Shown in pieces: positions 9,652-18,446 of a DNA stretch of 64,000 bases. This stretch comes from Alphaproteobacteria bacterium (GTDB lineage: Bacteria; Pseudomonadota; Alphaproteobacteria; UBA7985): the NCBI GenBank assembly GCA_965660945.1, contig CBFIBS010000012.1, forward strand, positions 23,461 through 87,460. The letters are read 5' to 3'. The notes beneath the pieces are model-generated. The model was given only the letters and a program-made list of their open reading frames with translations. It was not told the DNA's origin and made no database searches. The translations under genes and the position numbers were made by a program. Position 1 is the first letter of the stretch, and each line of letters opens with the position of its first letter.

Positions 9652-10734
9652 TCAGAGCCGCATTGCAGCGCGTGCGGCCAATTGCAGCATACGAGACAGA
9701 ATCCTGCCGGCAAGCCGCTGACTACGGCTCGCGCGACGCAGATCAGCGACAAGGTATTCGATGGCCGGCTGGGCGCCCCGGTTTCTTTTGAACTGTTCAG
9801 CACCGGCACTCCAGTTGGCAAAGCGCTGACGCGATCGTGCGGTTGCATCGCTCAGGCTGATCAGCCATCGATAGAGACCCAGTTTTTGGGGCAGGTCAGT
9901 GTCGTAACCGACCACCGGACTGACGATTGTACCGTGTTGGTCGAACTGCCCCAGAACGCCGACCATTCTCCCACCGCGTTCAGGGTCGAAAAGGCCGGTG
10001 AGTTCAAAGCCGCATTGGTTCTGAAACTCTTCAAAAAAGCGACCAGTATATTGCGGGTTGAGGTGGCTGTATTTCTCGATGTAGAGCATCCGGTAGAGCC
10101 TGGCGGCCTGGTCAAAATCACTTTCACCAAACGTAGTGCCAGCCCGTTCGATAAACCGGCCTGTCGAACGAAGCCTAACATCTCGTTGATCATCGCGGGT
10201 TCGGTGCCAATCTTCCGGATAGGTGCGGAAAAATATTTTCCGGACGGGAAGCAGGGTCAGTCCTTCGCGGTGAAAGGCCTCAATGAGTGGACCGTGCGCT
10301 GCATCGTTTACGGAGCGCAGCACCGGAACAAAGCTCGGATTACTGTCGGACACGGCGTCAAAAGCATCCAACCAGGCCTCAGGCCCGACTGGTGGCAGGA
10401 TATTTGTCGACACCAGCCAGTTGTTGAGTTGTATCTGACGACCGAGTTGCATGGCCCGCACGACCGGAAAGGCTGCCCTAAGGGCTCCAGAACCAAGAGC
10501 GCGCAACAACGGATTTCGGGTAACTTGCGACAACTCGAATTGGCCGTATTCGAGATAGGCGGTAGACGGGCAGCAGATGTAGCAGGTCGGACGACGGCCA
10601 TCGTTGATGGTCGTTGGCACCTCGAAGTCCCCGACGCGTGAGATCATCATTTCTGTCTCAAGGTTGGTGACGAGCGAGCTCGTTCCAGCCGTCTGCACTA
10701 ACGAGACGAATTGGCGTGCTGAAGTGTCTTGCAC
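9652..10734 (-). CDS. Uncharacterised 360-aa protein, possibly a FemAB-like or GNAT-fold acyl/aminoacyl transferase (guess)
   Basis: This is a long ORF in a locally lower-GC segment, transcribed divergently from the KAS III operon. I recognised no diagnostic motif, so the family call is tentative. Confidence 0.35.
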   Translation of the reverse strand: MQDTSARQFVSLVQTAGTSSLVTNLETEMMISRVGDFEVPTTINDGRRPTCYICCPSTAYLEYGQFELSQVTRNPLLRALGSGALRAAFPVVRAMQLGRQIQLNNWLVSTNILPPVGPEAWLDAFDAVSDSNPSFVPVLRSVNDAAHGPLIEAFHREGLTLLPVRKIFFRTYPEDWHRTRDDQRDVRLRSTGRFIERAGTTFGESDFDQAARLYRMLYIEKYSHLNPQYTGRFFEEFQNQCGFELTGLFDPERGGRMVGVLGQFDQHGTIVSPVVGYDTDLPQKLGLYRWLISLSDATARSRQRFANWSAGAEQFKRNRGAQPAIEYLVADLRRASRSQRLAGRILSRMLQLAARAAMRL

Positions 10735-10815
10735 CTATTGCTCTCTATCTTTGCCTTCGCCCGGTTTGGATATTTGGACAAAGACCTTACCAAGGCTGCT
10801 AGCGCTTCGCTAAGG

Positions 10816-10846
10816 TTGAATGCAATATAGCTTCTACAGTGATACT
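10816..10846 (+). promoter_or_regulatory. Candidate sigma-70-like promoter for the KAS III operon (-35 TTGAAT, spacer of about 17 nt, -10 GATACT)
   Basis: The elements are read directly from the divergent intergenic region between 10735 and 10862. Confidence 0.3.
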
Positions 10847-10862
10847 GCGTGGAGGGTGCGAG

Positions 10863-11861
10863 ATGCACTCTGGTTCAAGAATTTGTGGCTGGGGCCAAGC
10901 CTTACCCCGAAGGAAGCTGGCCTCGGGTATTCTGGAAAGTCAGCATGGGCTGCCCGCTGGCTCGCTTGTGGCATCCACCGGTGTTGAAACCCGCTACCTC
11001 GCCAGCCGAAGAGGGCATGAAACGCAGGTTGCACTCGGACTTCGGGCTGGTCAGGCAGCCCTGGCATCGGCCAACTTGCCCGCGTCATCGGTTGATTTGA
11101 TAATAGCAGCCGCAGCTGTACCCCAGCAGCTGATACCCGGCACTGCTGCGCTCTTTCATCGGGGGCTTGGTCTACCCGACGGCAGCTGCCGTACGATGGA
11201 CGTAAACACAACTTGCCTGAGCGCCCTGTCGGCGCTCGAACTGGCCGACAGTTACATCCAGACAGGGCGAGCAAGTCGGGTCCTGATCATCAGCAGTGAG
11301 ATTGCGAGTGCCGCCTTGCCCTGGAAAACCGCGCCGACGGTTGCCGCCCTGTTTGGGGACGGAGCCGGGGCGTGGCTTGTCGAAGGGGCAGATCAGCCGG
11401 GCATTCTCGGTTCGTCCTTTGCCAGCTTCCCTTCGGCTTTCGAGGCGTGCCAGATACCAGTTGGCGGGACGGCCAATACCCCGCACGATGATATTGATTT
11501 CTTTATGCAGCATGCATTTTTTGAAATGGATGGTGAGGCGCTGTACCGTCTGGTCCGGTCAGAGTTCGAAGGGTTTCTTTTTGCGTTCCTCGAACAAATT
11601 GCCTGGTCTCTGGATGATGTTGACTTCTTTGTTCCGCATCAGGCCAGCCCAGTTAGTCTCGTGCATATGGCCAGAGCATTCAGGGTGCGCCGCGAGCGAT
11701 ACATTGATCTGACGCGCAGTCACGGCAATCAGATCGCGGCTTCACTGCCCATTGCCTTCGCCGAAGCCCGCACAAGGGGGCAGATCAGCGATGGCTCTCG
11801 GGTCTTGCTGCTGGGAACCTCCGCGGGGGTGCAGTTTGGCGCTGCGGCATTGATCGCCTGA
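10863..11861 (+). CDS. 3-oxoacyl-ACP synthase III-like condensing enzyme (FabH / KAS III family)
   Basis: The Cys-His-Asn catalytic triad is in context (NTTCLSAL, VPHQASP, HGNQIAASLP), and the N-terminal region resembles FabH. An alternative GTG start lies at 10839. Confidence 0.8.
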   Translation: MHSGSRICGWGQALPRRKLASGILESQHGLPAGSLVASTGVETRYLASRRGHETQVALGLRAGQAALASANLPASSVDLIIAAAAVPQQLIPGTAALFHRGLGLPDGSCRTMDVNTTCLSALSALELADSYIQTGRASRVLIISSEIASAALPWKTAPTVAALFGDGAGAWLVEGADQPGILGSSFASFPSAFEACQIPVGGTANTPHDDIDFFMQHAFFEMDGEALYRLVRSEFEGFLFAFLEQIAWSLDDVDFFVPHQASPVSLVHMARAFRVRRERYIDLTRSHGNQIAASLPIAFAEARTRGQISDGSRVLLLGTSAGVQFGAAALIA

Positions 11862-12862
11862 TGCGGGTCCTCGTTACCGGTGGGACAGGCTTTCTTGGCG
11901 GACGTTGTCTGCAGGCTCTGGCGTCGTCGGGTCGGTTCGATGCATCTGCGACAGGACGCCGTCTTTCGAGCGCGCCTGCAGGCTTCGACTTCATCGCTGC
12001 CGACCTCAGTGAGCCAGGGGCACTTGCGCGGCTTCCCGCCGTCGATGCAGTGGTCCACACGGCGGCCCTGTCATCACCTTGGGGCCGCGCGCAGGATTTT
12101 GACCAGGCAAACGTGGTTGCGACGCGCAACCTACTTGAATGGGCAGAGCAGGCAGGTGTGCAACGCCTGATCCATATCTCGACCCCCGCGCTGTACTTTG
12201 CTCCCTTCGACCGTTTTGATGTCGGGGAGGAGGAGGTCTTGCCGGGCAAGCCCATCAACGACTATGCCCGGACTAAGGCACAAGCGGAGAATCTCGTGCT
12301 CCAGTCGCCTCTCAGTACGGCCATCTTGAGGCCCAGAGCAATTTACGGGCCGGGCGACACGGCACTTTTACCCCGGCTCGAGGCCGCGTTGCGACGCGGC
12401 TGGCTGCCACTCATGCGGGACGGGCAGGCCGTGACAAACCTGACCCATGTTGACGACGTATGCGATGCCATTGTTGCTGCTCTGGAAAGTTCGGCACAGG
12501 GGGTCTTCAATATTGCAGGGGGTGAGGCGATCCCGCTGAACTGGCTGGTCAACGAAATTGCCAGAGCAAACAGCTTGGCATTCCGCTGGCAGACCGTTCC
12601 TCTGCCTATAGCCATGCTCGCTGCGCGCGGCACAGAAGCCGTCTTCACTGGTTTGAGACTGCCAAGTGAGCCGCGGCTTACCCGCTACAGCCTGGGCATC
12701 TTCGCCTATAGTCTGACGCTGAATACCAAGCGGGCCCAGGAGGTCTTAGGCTGGCGACCCCGAATTCTAATAGCCGATGGTTTCGAGGCGATCTTCGGCG
12801 TGCGCCCTGAGGCTTTACCCACACACAGGCGCGCTGACGATGGCAAAGAGCAGGCCTCATGA
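11861..12862 (+). CDS. NAD-dependent epimerase/dehydratase family protein (extended SDR)
   Basis: The N-terminus VLVTGGTGFLG is an extended-SDR motif and the length is 333 aa. The junction with the upstream gene is a TGATG overlap. Confidence 0.8.
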   Translation: MRVLVTGGTGFLGGRCLQALASSGRFDASATGRRLSSAPAGFDFIAADLSEPGALARLPAVDAVVHTAALSSPWGRAQDFDQANVVATRNLLEWAEQAGVQRLIHISTPALYFAPFDRFDVGEEEVLPGKPINDYARTKAQAENLVLQSPLSTAILRPRAIYGPGDTALLPRLEAALRRGWLPLMRDGQAVTNLTHVDDVCDAIVAALESSAQGVFNIAGGEAIPLNWLVNEIARANSLAFRWQTVPLPIAMLAARGTEAVFTGLRLPSEPRLTRYSLGIFAYSLTLNTKRAQEVLGWRPRILIADGFEAIFGVRPEALPTHRRADDGKEQAS

Positions 12863-13737
12863 AATTCGAATTTTATAACAGCGCAACAATCAAGGCGCCC
12901 GGCGCTTTGGTCGGGGCAGGGCCCGACTGGTCGCCGGTCACACTCAAGGTGCGCTGGGCTTTCCTCGATCACCCGACATTCGGACCAACCCTGGTCGATA
13001 CTGGTTATGGCCCGTCGACCTATCCATCGCCGGCATCGGGTCGTTCTTCGCCGAGCGGCAATGGTTTACCAACCCGCAGCATCGGGCTTCGACTGTATAC
13101 GAGCCTGTTCCGGGCCAGACTACGACCCGAAGGACAGATTGACGCCGTATTGGTCGACAAGGGTCTGACCATCGAAGACATTCAGTGCGTGATTGTCACC
13201 CACTTTCATGTCGATCATGTGAGCGAATTGCGCCGCTTTTCCAATGCGCGCATCCTCGCCAGCCGGCGTGGCTTCGACGCGGTTAAAAGGGCTGGCTGGC
13301 GTGCGTCCTTGGTTCACGGGACCTTTACTGAGCTTTTGCCACCGGATTTAGACCGGCGATTGGAGCCGATTGAGGCCTTGCCGCCCATCAATCTGCCGGA
13401 CGGGCTTGGTACTGGCTGGTCGCTGGTGCCAGAACTGGCCTCACTGGTGCCAATGAACGGTCATGCGACGGGGCAAGTCGGAATTTATATCCATAGCGAA
13501 CACTATCTCTACGCTGTCGATGCGCACTTTGTACTCGGTGCTCTTGATCGCGCCGCCGAGGGCTTTGAACCGGGTCTGACCAAGCCAAAGGTCGCGCTCT
13601 CCGGTCTGCCACGCCTCATAGCCGATGATATTGAAGCGGCGGAAACCACCCTTGCGCGGCTTGCTGCCTTCAAGCAGGCCGGGGGCCGGGTCGGGCTCTG
13701 CCACGATCCTGGTCACGATCCGTTCGATGCCGGTTGA
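12859..13737 (+). CDS. MBL-fold metallo-hydrolase (lactonase/thioesterase-like)
   Basis: The HxHxDH motif is present (VTHFHVDHV). The junction with the upstream gene is an ATGA overlap. Confidence 0.75.
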   Translation: MKFEFYNSATIKAPGALVGAGPDWSPVTLKVRWAFLDHPTFGPTLVDTGYGPSTYPSPASGRSSPSGNGLPTRSIGLRLYTSLFRARLRPEGQIDAVLVDKGLTIEDIQCVIVTHFHVDHVSELRRFSNARILASRRGFDAVKRAGWRASLVHGTFTELLPPDLDRRLEPIEALPPINLPDGLGTGWSLVPELASLVPMNGHATGQVGIYIHSEHYLYAVDAHFVLGALDRAAEGFEPGLTKPKVALSGLPRLIADDIEAAETTLARLAAFKQAGGRVGLCHDPGHDPFDAG

Positions 13738-15025
13738 AGCGGGAATGGCCGTCCTGGCGGCGTTTGTGCGGGCGCGTTGGCTGGCTGCGACCTTGCGCAC
13801 GCGTGAGGATGTTTTGCGCCATCAGCGCAGACAAATGGCATCGTGGCGCGCCGCGCTTACCACCCACTTTCCTCACCTTAAGGCCGAGGATCTCGAAATG
13901 GACAAAGCGCAGCTGATGGCGAACTTCGCTACCTATAACCGTGATGGTATCAGCGCGCGCACTGTTCGCACCGCGCTCGATCGGGGCGAGGCAGCCGAAG
14001 GGGGCCTGGCGCCCGGTTTGTACTGTGGTGTTTCGAGCGGGACGTCTGGCAACCGGGGGCTTTACATCATCACAGAAGCCGAGCGCTACCGCTGGCTGGG
14101 TACGATCCTCGCCAAGGGGTTACCTGACGTTTGGCGGCGGCGGCATCGCGTTGCCGTGATCCTGCCACAGAACAGCGCACTCTATAGAGCCGGAAATCAA
14201 TCCCGCTGGTTGAAGCTTGCATTCTTTGATCTCAGGCAGGGTCCGGCGTCTTGGAAAGAGGCGCTCGCTGACTTTGACCCGACCGTCATCATTGCTCCGC
14301 CCAAAATCTTGCGCTGGCTGGCCGAGAATGCTGATCTCGGCCGTCTCCGCCCGCAGCGGCTTTTTGCGGGGGCGGAGACACTCGATCCACCTGATCGCCG
14401 GATCGTTGAGGCAGCCTTTTCTCTCCGTCTGGGTCAGATTTACATGGCGACCGAAGGCCTGTTTGCCATCAGTTGTAGCCAAGGGCGGCTGCATCTGACG
14501 GAGGACTTTGTCCGGTTCGAGTTCGAGCCCGTCGGCGATCAGCTGGTCACGCCCATTGTCACTGACTTCTCCAGACACTTTCAGCTCACATGCCGCTATC
14601 GCATGAATGATCTTCTTCGGCTGGGCGGTCGAGGCTGCCCTTGCGGTTCCCCTCTCCAGGTTGTGGATGCGGTGGAGGGCAGGCAAGACGACGTGTTCTG
14701 GTTCGGCGATCGGATGGTCACCCCCGATGTACTGCGAAACGCGGTGCTAGACTGCAGCCCGTCGATCACGGATTTCCGCATTCAGCAGCGGCTCGATGGA
14801 TCGGTGGATCTCCGCCTGCCATCAACAGTCGAACCCGCTGTCCAGAAATCAGCACTCGCTGCCCTTGAGGGTGCACTGCACACGGCGGTGCCGGTTCAGC
14901 GGTGTACGCCGGATACAAACGAACAGACCGAGGGCCCCATCCTAGTCCGACTAGCCAGCTGGAACCTGACCCCCGAGCAACTCCTGTCGCACAAACTGCG
15001 GCGGGTCGAGCGGTTAAGGTCATGA
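13727..15025 (+). CDS. Adenylate-forming enzyme, phenylacetate-CoA-ligase / coenzyme-F390-synthetase-like family
   Basis: The P-loop-like acyl-adenylate motif GVSSGTSGNRGLYI is present. The start is uncertain (ATG at 13727 or 13745), and the longer reading frame overlaps the MBL gene. Confidence 0.6.
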   Translation: MPVEAGMAVLAAFVRARWLAATLRTREDVLRHQRRQMASWRAALTTHFPHLKAEDLEMDKAQLMANFATYNRDGISARTVRTALDRGEAAEGGLAPGLYCGVSSGTSGNRGLYIITEAERYRWLGTILAKGLPDVWRRRHRVAVILPQNSALYRAGNQSRWLKLAFFDLRQGPASWKEALADFDPTVIIAPPKILRWLAENADLGRLRPQRLFAGAETLDPPDRRIVEAAFSLRLGQIYMATEGLFAISCSQGRLHLTEDFVRFEFEPVGDQLVTPIVTDFSRHFQLTCRYRMNDLLRLGGRGCPCGSPLQVVDAVEGRQDDVFWFGDRMVTPDVLRNAVLDCSPSITDFRIQQRLDGSVDLRLPSTVEPAVQKSALAALEGALHTAVPVQRCTPDTNEQTEGPILVRLASWNLTPEQLLSHKLRRVERLRS

Positions 15026-16224
15026 AACGAACGGTACTCATTACGGGCCTCAGGGCGCCTGTGGCCCTGCACTGGTGCCGATTGTTCGCGGCGGCTGGCT
15101 GGCGGGTCTTCGGTGCCGACAGCCTCCGCGACCCGGTTGGTCGGTTTTCACGTTCTATCGAAGGCTACTTGCATTTGCCTCCACCGCGATCAGAACCGGA
15201 CAATTTTGCCAAAGCCATCACCAGCGCGGTTGAAGAGACTGACGCTGATCTCATCCTCCCTACCTGCGAGGAAGTGCTTTTCTTGGCCTGGGCTGCCCTG
15301 CGCCCCGAGGCCAAAGGTTGGGCTCAGCGGCTCTTTGCCCCATCACTCGAAGACCTGATCACACTCCACGACAAAGCCGCTTTCAATGCACTGCTCGCTC
15401 GCGTGGCACCGGATTTTGCGCCGTCCTTTCAAAGCCTAGAAACTGGCGCCGACGCGGCGGCCCTCGGCGAGGGGCCGTGGGTGTTCAAGCCGAGATTTTC
15501 GCGATTTGCCACCAGCGTCTTGATCAAGCCGGACCGGGCTAAGATCCTCAGGTTACCCATATCACCCGAACAGCCCTGGTTGGCGCAGGCTTATCTGCCC
15601 GGCGAGGAGATCTGTTTGTCTGCCGTCGCTGTAGGGGGGCAGGTCCTGGCCTTACAAGCCTATGAACCGCTGTTACGGTTGCGTCAGGGGCGAGGTGCCA
15701 GTGTCGCCTTTGCTGCCAGCGAGGATGGGGTCTGCTCCCAGCTGCGTCCTATGGTCGAGGCAGTCGCCAAGGCTTTGAACGTCACCGGGCAGCTCTCCTT
15801 TGATTTGCGTCGGGATGCTGAAGGGCAATGGCGCGCCCTGGAGTGCAATCCGCGTGCGACCAGTGGGTTTCACTTCTTCGGCCCTGATGATGGTCTGGTG
15901 GAAGCCGTGGACCAGGGGCGGAGCGCGCTCATGGCCCGGACCCGCCCGACAGGAGAAGTTTTGGGTGAGGCCGTTCCAGCGCTGCTCGCCGGGGGGATCA
16001 GGGGGCTGTCACTCTGCCTTGGTCTCATGCGGTCAAAGGCCGGAGCGAGCCGGCGCTTGCGTCCCTTGAGTGCATGGCCCGGAGATACGATTTCTCCGCT
16101 TGAACAATCTCGGGCCTTTTTCGAACTTTGGCTTCGATCCCGCGCGCACCGATGTTCATTGGAGGAGGCTTCCACCCTCGACATCTGCTGGAATGGACCG
16201 TCTGATCGATCGCCGTTGCCTTGA
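15022..16224 (+). CDS. ATP-grasp domain protein (carboxylate-amine ligase-like)
   Basis: The ATG at 15022 overlaps the upstream stop (ATGA). The central region has an ATP-grasp-like pattern (WVFKPRFSRFATSV...EICLSAV...ECNPRATSG). Confidence 0.55.
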   Translation: MKRTVLITGLRAPVALHWCRLFAAAGWRVFGADSLRDPVGRFSRSIEGYLHLPPPRSEPDNFAKAITSAVEETDADLILPTCEEVLFLAWAALRPEAKGWAQRLFAPSLEDLITLHDKAAFNALLARVAPDFAPSFQSLETGADAAALGEGPWVFKPRFSRFATSVLIKPDRAKILRLPISPEQPWLAQAYLPGEEICLSAVAVGGQVLALQAYEPLLRLRQGRGASVAFAASEDGVCSQLRPMVEAVAKALNVTGQLSFDLRRDAEGQWRALECNPRATSGFHFFGPDDGLVEAVDQGRSALMARTRPTGEVLGEAVPALLAGGIRGLSLCLGLMRSKAGASRRLRPLSAWPGDTISPLEQSRAFFELWLRSRAHRCSLEEASTLDICWNGPSDRSPLP

Positions 16225-16257
16225 GGCGCCCTTACCGAGCATGAGTGGTTGAACAAC

Positions 16258-17454
16258 TCAGCCTCGGTTGATGGTGGCGTCGTGCTCCACGGCCCAGGCC
16301 TCGACCCGCGGGTTGAGAACCCGGAACCACAGCGGCGGGAACAGCGCCAGCAGGAAGGTTCCCGGATAGCCGGTGGGCAGATGCGGGACGTCGTCGAAGG
16401 TGCGCAGCACCTGATAATCCCGCCAGGCGTGGGCATGGTGATCACTGTGGCGCTGGAGGTTGAACAGCAGCGCGTTGGACAGCCACTGGTCGGCGTTCCA
16501 GGAATGGATCGGGCGCACCGGCTCGTAGCGGCCCTTGTCGTTGAGTGCCCGGCCCAACCCGTAGTGTTCCACGTAGTTGGCCTGTGTCAGCATGAGCCAG
16601 CAGATCAGGTGGTGCAGGGCAAGCAGCGGCAGCATGATCCAGCCGAAGGCGAGGATCAGCGGCGCAGCGAGCAGGGCGCTCAGCCCCCAGATCTGCAGCA
16701 ACTGGTTGGTGGGGTGCCAGAACGCGCGCTGCTTGGTCTTAAGGCGGCGGGCCTCGATCTGCACTGCCCCAATGATGGCCCCGGGGACTTCGCGCAGGGC
16801 GAAGGCGTAGAAGCCCTCGCCGAAGCGGGCGCTGGCGCAGTCCTCGGGCGTGGCGACGCGGCTGTGATGGCCGGCGTTGTGCTCTAGGGTGAAGTGGCCG
16901 TAACCGACCAGCGCGTTGGCGATCTTGGCAGCGCGCCGGTCGAGCTTCTTGCCCGAATGGCCCAGTTCGTGGCCGACGTTGATCAACGTGCCGTGGAACA
17001 GTGCCGCGCCCGCCACCAGCACGAGCGTTGCCAGCGGTCCGCCATAGCCCCCCGGCGACGGCTCGCTGGCCCAGGCGTTGATCCACAGCCCGGCCGTGAT
17101 CAGCACGGCGTAGATGCTCGCCGCGTAGATCGGAACGGTCAGGTACAGCAGCGCCTTGAAAAACGGGTCACGCCCGGCGCGTTGCTCCTGCTCGGGGCTG
17201 AGGTTGATCCCGTCGCGCCCGCAGGCGAGGTCCAGCAGCGGGATCAGGCCGTAGAGGATCACCGGCAGGCTCAGCGCCAGCCAGGGCTGGTCCCAGACCC
17301 AGACCAGCGCCAGTACCCCCGGCGCGATCAGCGCGGTGACAAAGCCCACCAGCCAGCGGACCCGGAAGGCCCGGGGCAGGCGGACTTGCGACGGGGGCTT
17401 GGTCGCCGGGCTCGTCGCTGGGTTGGTCGCTGGCTTGGTCGCGGGCTTGGTCAT
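16258..17454 (-). CDS. alkB: Alkane 1-monooxygenase (AlkB family integral-membrane di-iron hydroxylase)
   Basis: All histidine boxes are present: HELGHS, EHNAGHH, NYVEHYGL and LQRHSDHHAHA. The N-terminus carries a (T/S)KPA x5 repeat. Confidence 0.85.
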   Translation of the reverse strand: MTKPATKPATNPATSPATKPPSQVRLPRAFRVRWLVGFVTALIAPGVLALVWVWDQPWLALSLPVILYGLIPLLDLACGRDGINLSPEQEQRAGRDPFFKALLYLTVPIYAASIYAVLITAGLWINAWASEPSPGGYGGPLATLVLVAGAALFHGTLINVGHELGHSGKKLDRRAAKIANALVGYGHFTLEHNAGHHSRVATPEDCASARFGEGFYAFALREVPGAIIGAVQIEARRLKTKQRAFWHPTNQLLQIWGLSALLAAPLILAFGWIMLPLLALHHLICWLMLTQANYVEHYGLGRALNDKGRYEPVRPIHSWNADQWLSNALLFNLQRHSDHHAHAWRDYQVLRTFDDVPHLPTGYPGTFLLALFPPLWFRVLNPRVEAWAVEHDATINRG

Positions 17455-17839
17455 GGCCTGACTGTGCGAAACCAGCCTGCGGGCGTCAAGCGTGGGGCGG
17501 CAGGCGCGACAATGCGCAAGGGCTGCGCGCGGCGCGGCGTTCACCGTGGCGGTGCTGGTGAACAAGCCTCTAGCCGGTCAATATCACCCAAAACGAGAAG
17601 GCAAAAATATTGATGACACCCAGAATGGTCAGATTGTTTCACCGCCGACATCGCTGAAATACCGGGAAAACCGCCGTTTCCTTTGTTCAAGCGGCGGACA
17701 AGCGGGCGTTACGGAAGCCTGCGAAAACCCTCCTCGTCAACCACGACGTCCTTTCCACTCTCCTAACCCCGCAACCTCCCTCCCTCCCGTCTCTCCTTCT
17801 CCACCACAGAGTCCAAGACCCCATCAAAGGAACAAACCC

Positions 17840-18292
17840 ATGCTTCTCAAATCCGCCCTCAAAGTCGCTGCTGCTTCTGCTGCTGTCCTCGTGGCTTCGA
17901 CCACCGTCGCGACCAGTGCACAGGCCTTCTGGTTCAATACCGTCAACATCAACCAGTATGGCTTCGACAACGCCGTTGCCGGCTCGCAGACCGGCGTCTT
18001 CAACCACATCGAATTCTGGCAGGACGGTGCCTGGAACACCGCCGTCACAGCGCAGGACGGCGCGGGCAACGTCGTTGCCATCGGCCAATCCGGCTTTGGT
18101 AATCAGGCCTATGGCGACCAGTTCGGCGACTGCAATGTCTCCGGGATCGGTCAGTTCGGCGGCGGTCACTACGCCGAGACCAACCAGAGCGGCGACTGTA
18201 ACGCTGTTGCGGTTCTGCAGTTCGGCTCCGGTCAGTCAACCACGGCCAACCAGGTCGGCTCCGGCAACTCCGCCGTGATCATCCAGTACTAA
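17840..18292 (+). CDS. Curlin-repeat protein (CsgA/CsgB-like amyloid subunit)
   Basis: It has a signal peptide followed by about ten repeats of Q-x-G-x-x-N-x-A-x-x-x-Q (for example QDGAGNVVAIGQ, QSGFGNQAYGDQ) and ends in Y. Confidence 0.85.
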   Translation: MLLKSALKVAAASAAVLVASTTVATSAQAFWFNTVNINQYGFDNAVAGSQTGVFNHIEFWQDGAWNTAVTAQDGAGNVVAIGQSGFGNQAYGDQFGDCNVSGIGQFGGGHYAETNQSGDCNAVAVLQFGSGQSTTANQVGSGNSAVIIQY

Positions 18293-18293
18293 G

Positions 18294-18314
18294 CGCCCCC
18301 TGCGCCCGGGGGCG
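18294..18314 (+). terminator. GC-rich hairpin just after the curlin stop codon (CGCCCCC-tgcgccc-GGGGGCG)
   Basis: A perfect 7-bp GC stem is visible in the sequence. There is no clear U-tract. Confidence 0.3.
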
Positions 18315-18386
18315 GGGCGGGGCTGGTCCATTGCCACTGGCGCGGCGGACTGGCCCCACCTCCCTCTCTATCACTTCCTCTCTTTG

Positions 18387-18425
18387 CCTCTTCCTCTTCC
18401 TCTTCCTCTTCCTCCTCTTCTCTCT
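18387..18425 (+). repeat. (CCTCTT)n hexanucleotide microsatellite inside an 80-nt polypyrimidine leader
   Basis: The sequence cctcttcctcttcctcttcctcttcctcctcttc is read directly; the leader is more than 90% C+T. Confidence 0.8.
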
Positions 18426-18446
18426 GTTTGCTCAAGGAACCCCGTC

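Noticed and set aside
9641-16275. Imperfect direct repeat (TCGATGGTGTCGT / TTGATGGTGGCGT) at the two ends of the low-GC island, a possible att-like duplication
   Set aside because: It matches only 11 of 13 positions, and both copies lie inside coding sequence (the 3' ends of the 360-aa gene and of alkB). It is most likely coincidence, and no integrase or tRNA is present.
16249-16887. 212-aa + strand ORF overlapping alkB
   Set aside because: It is antisense to the alkB histidine-box region and has no motifs.
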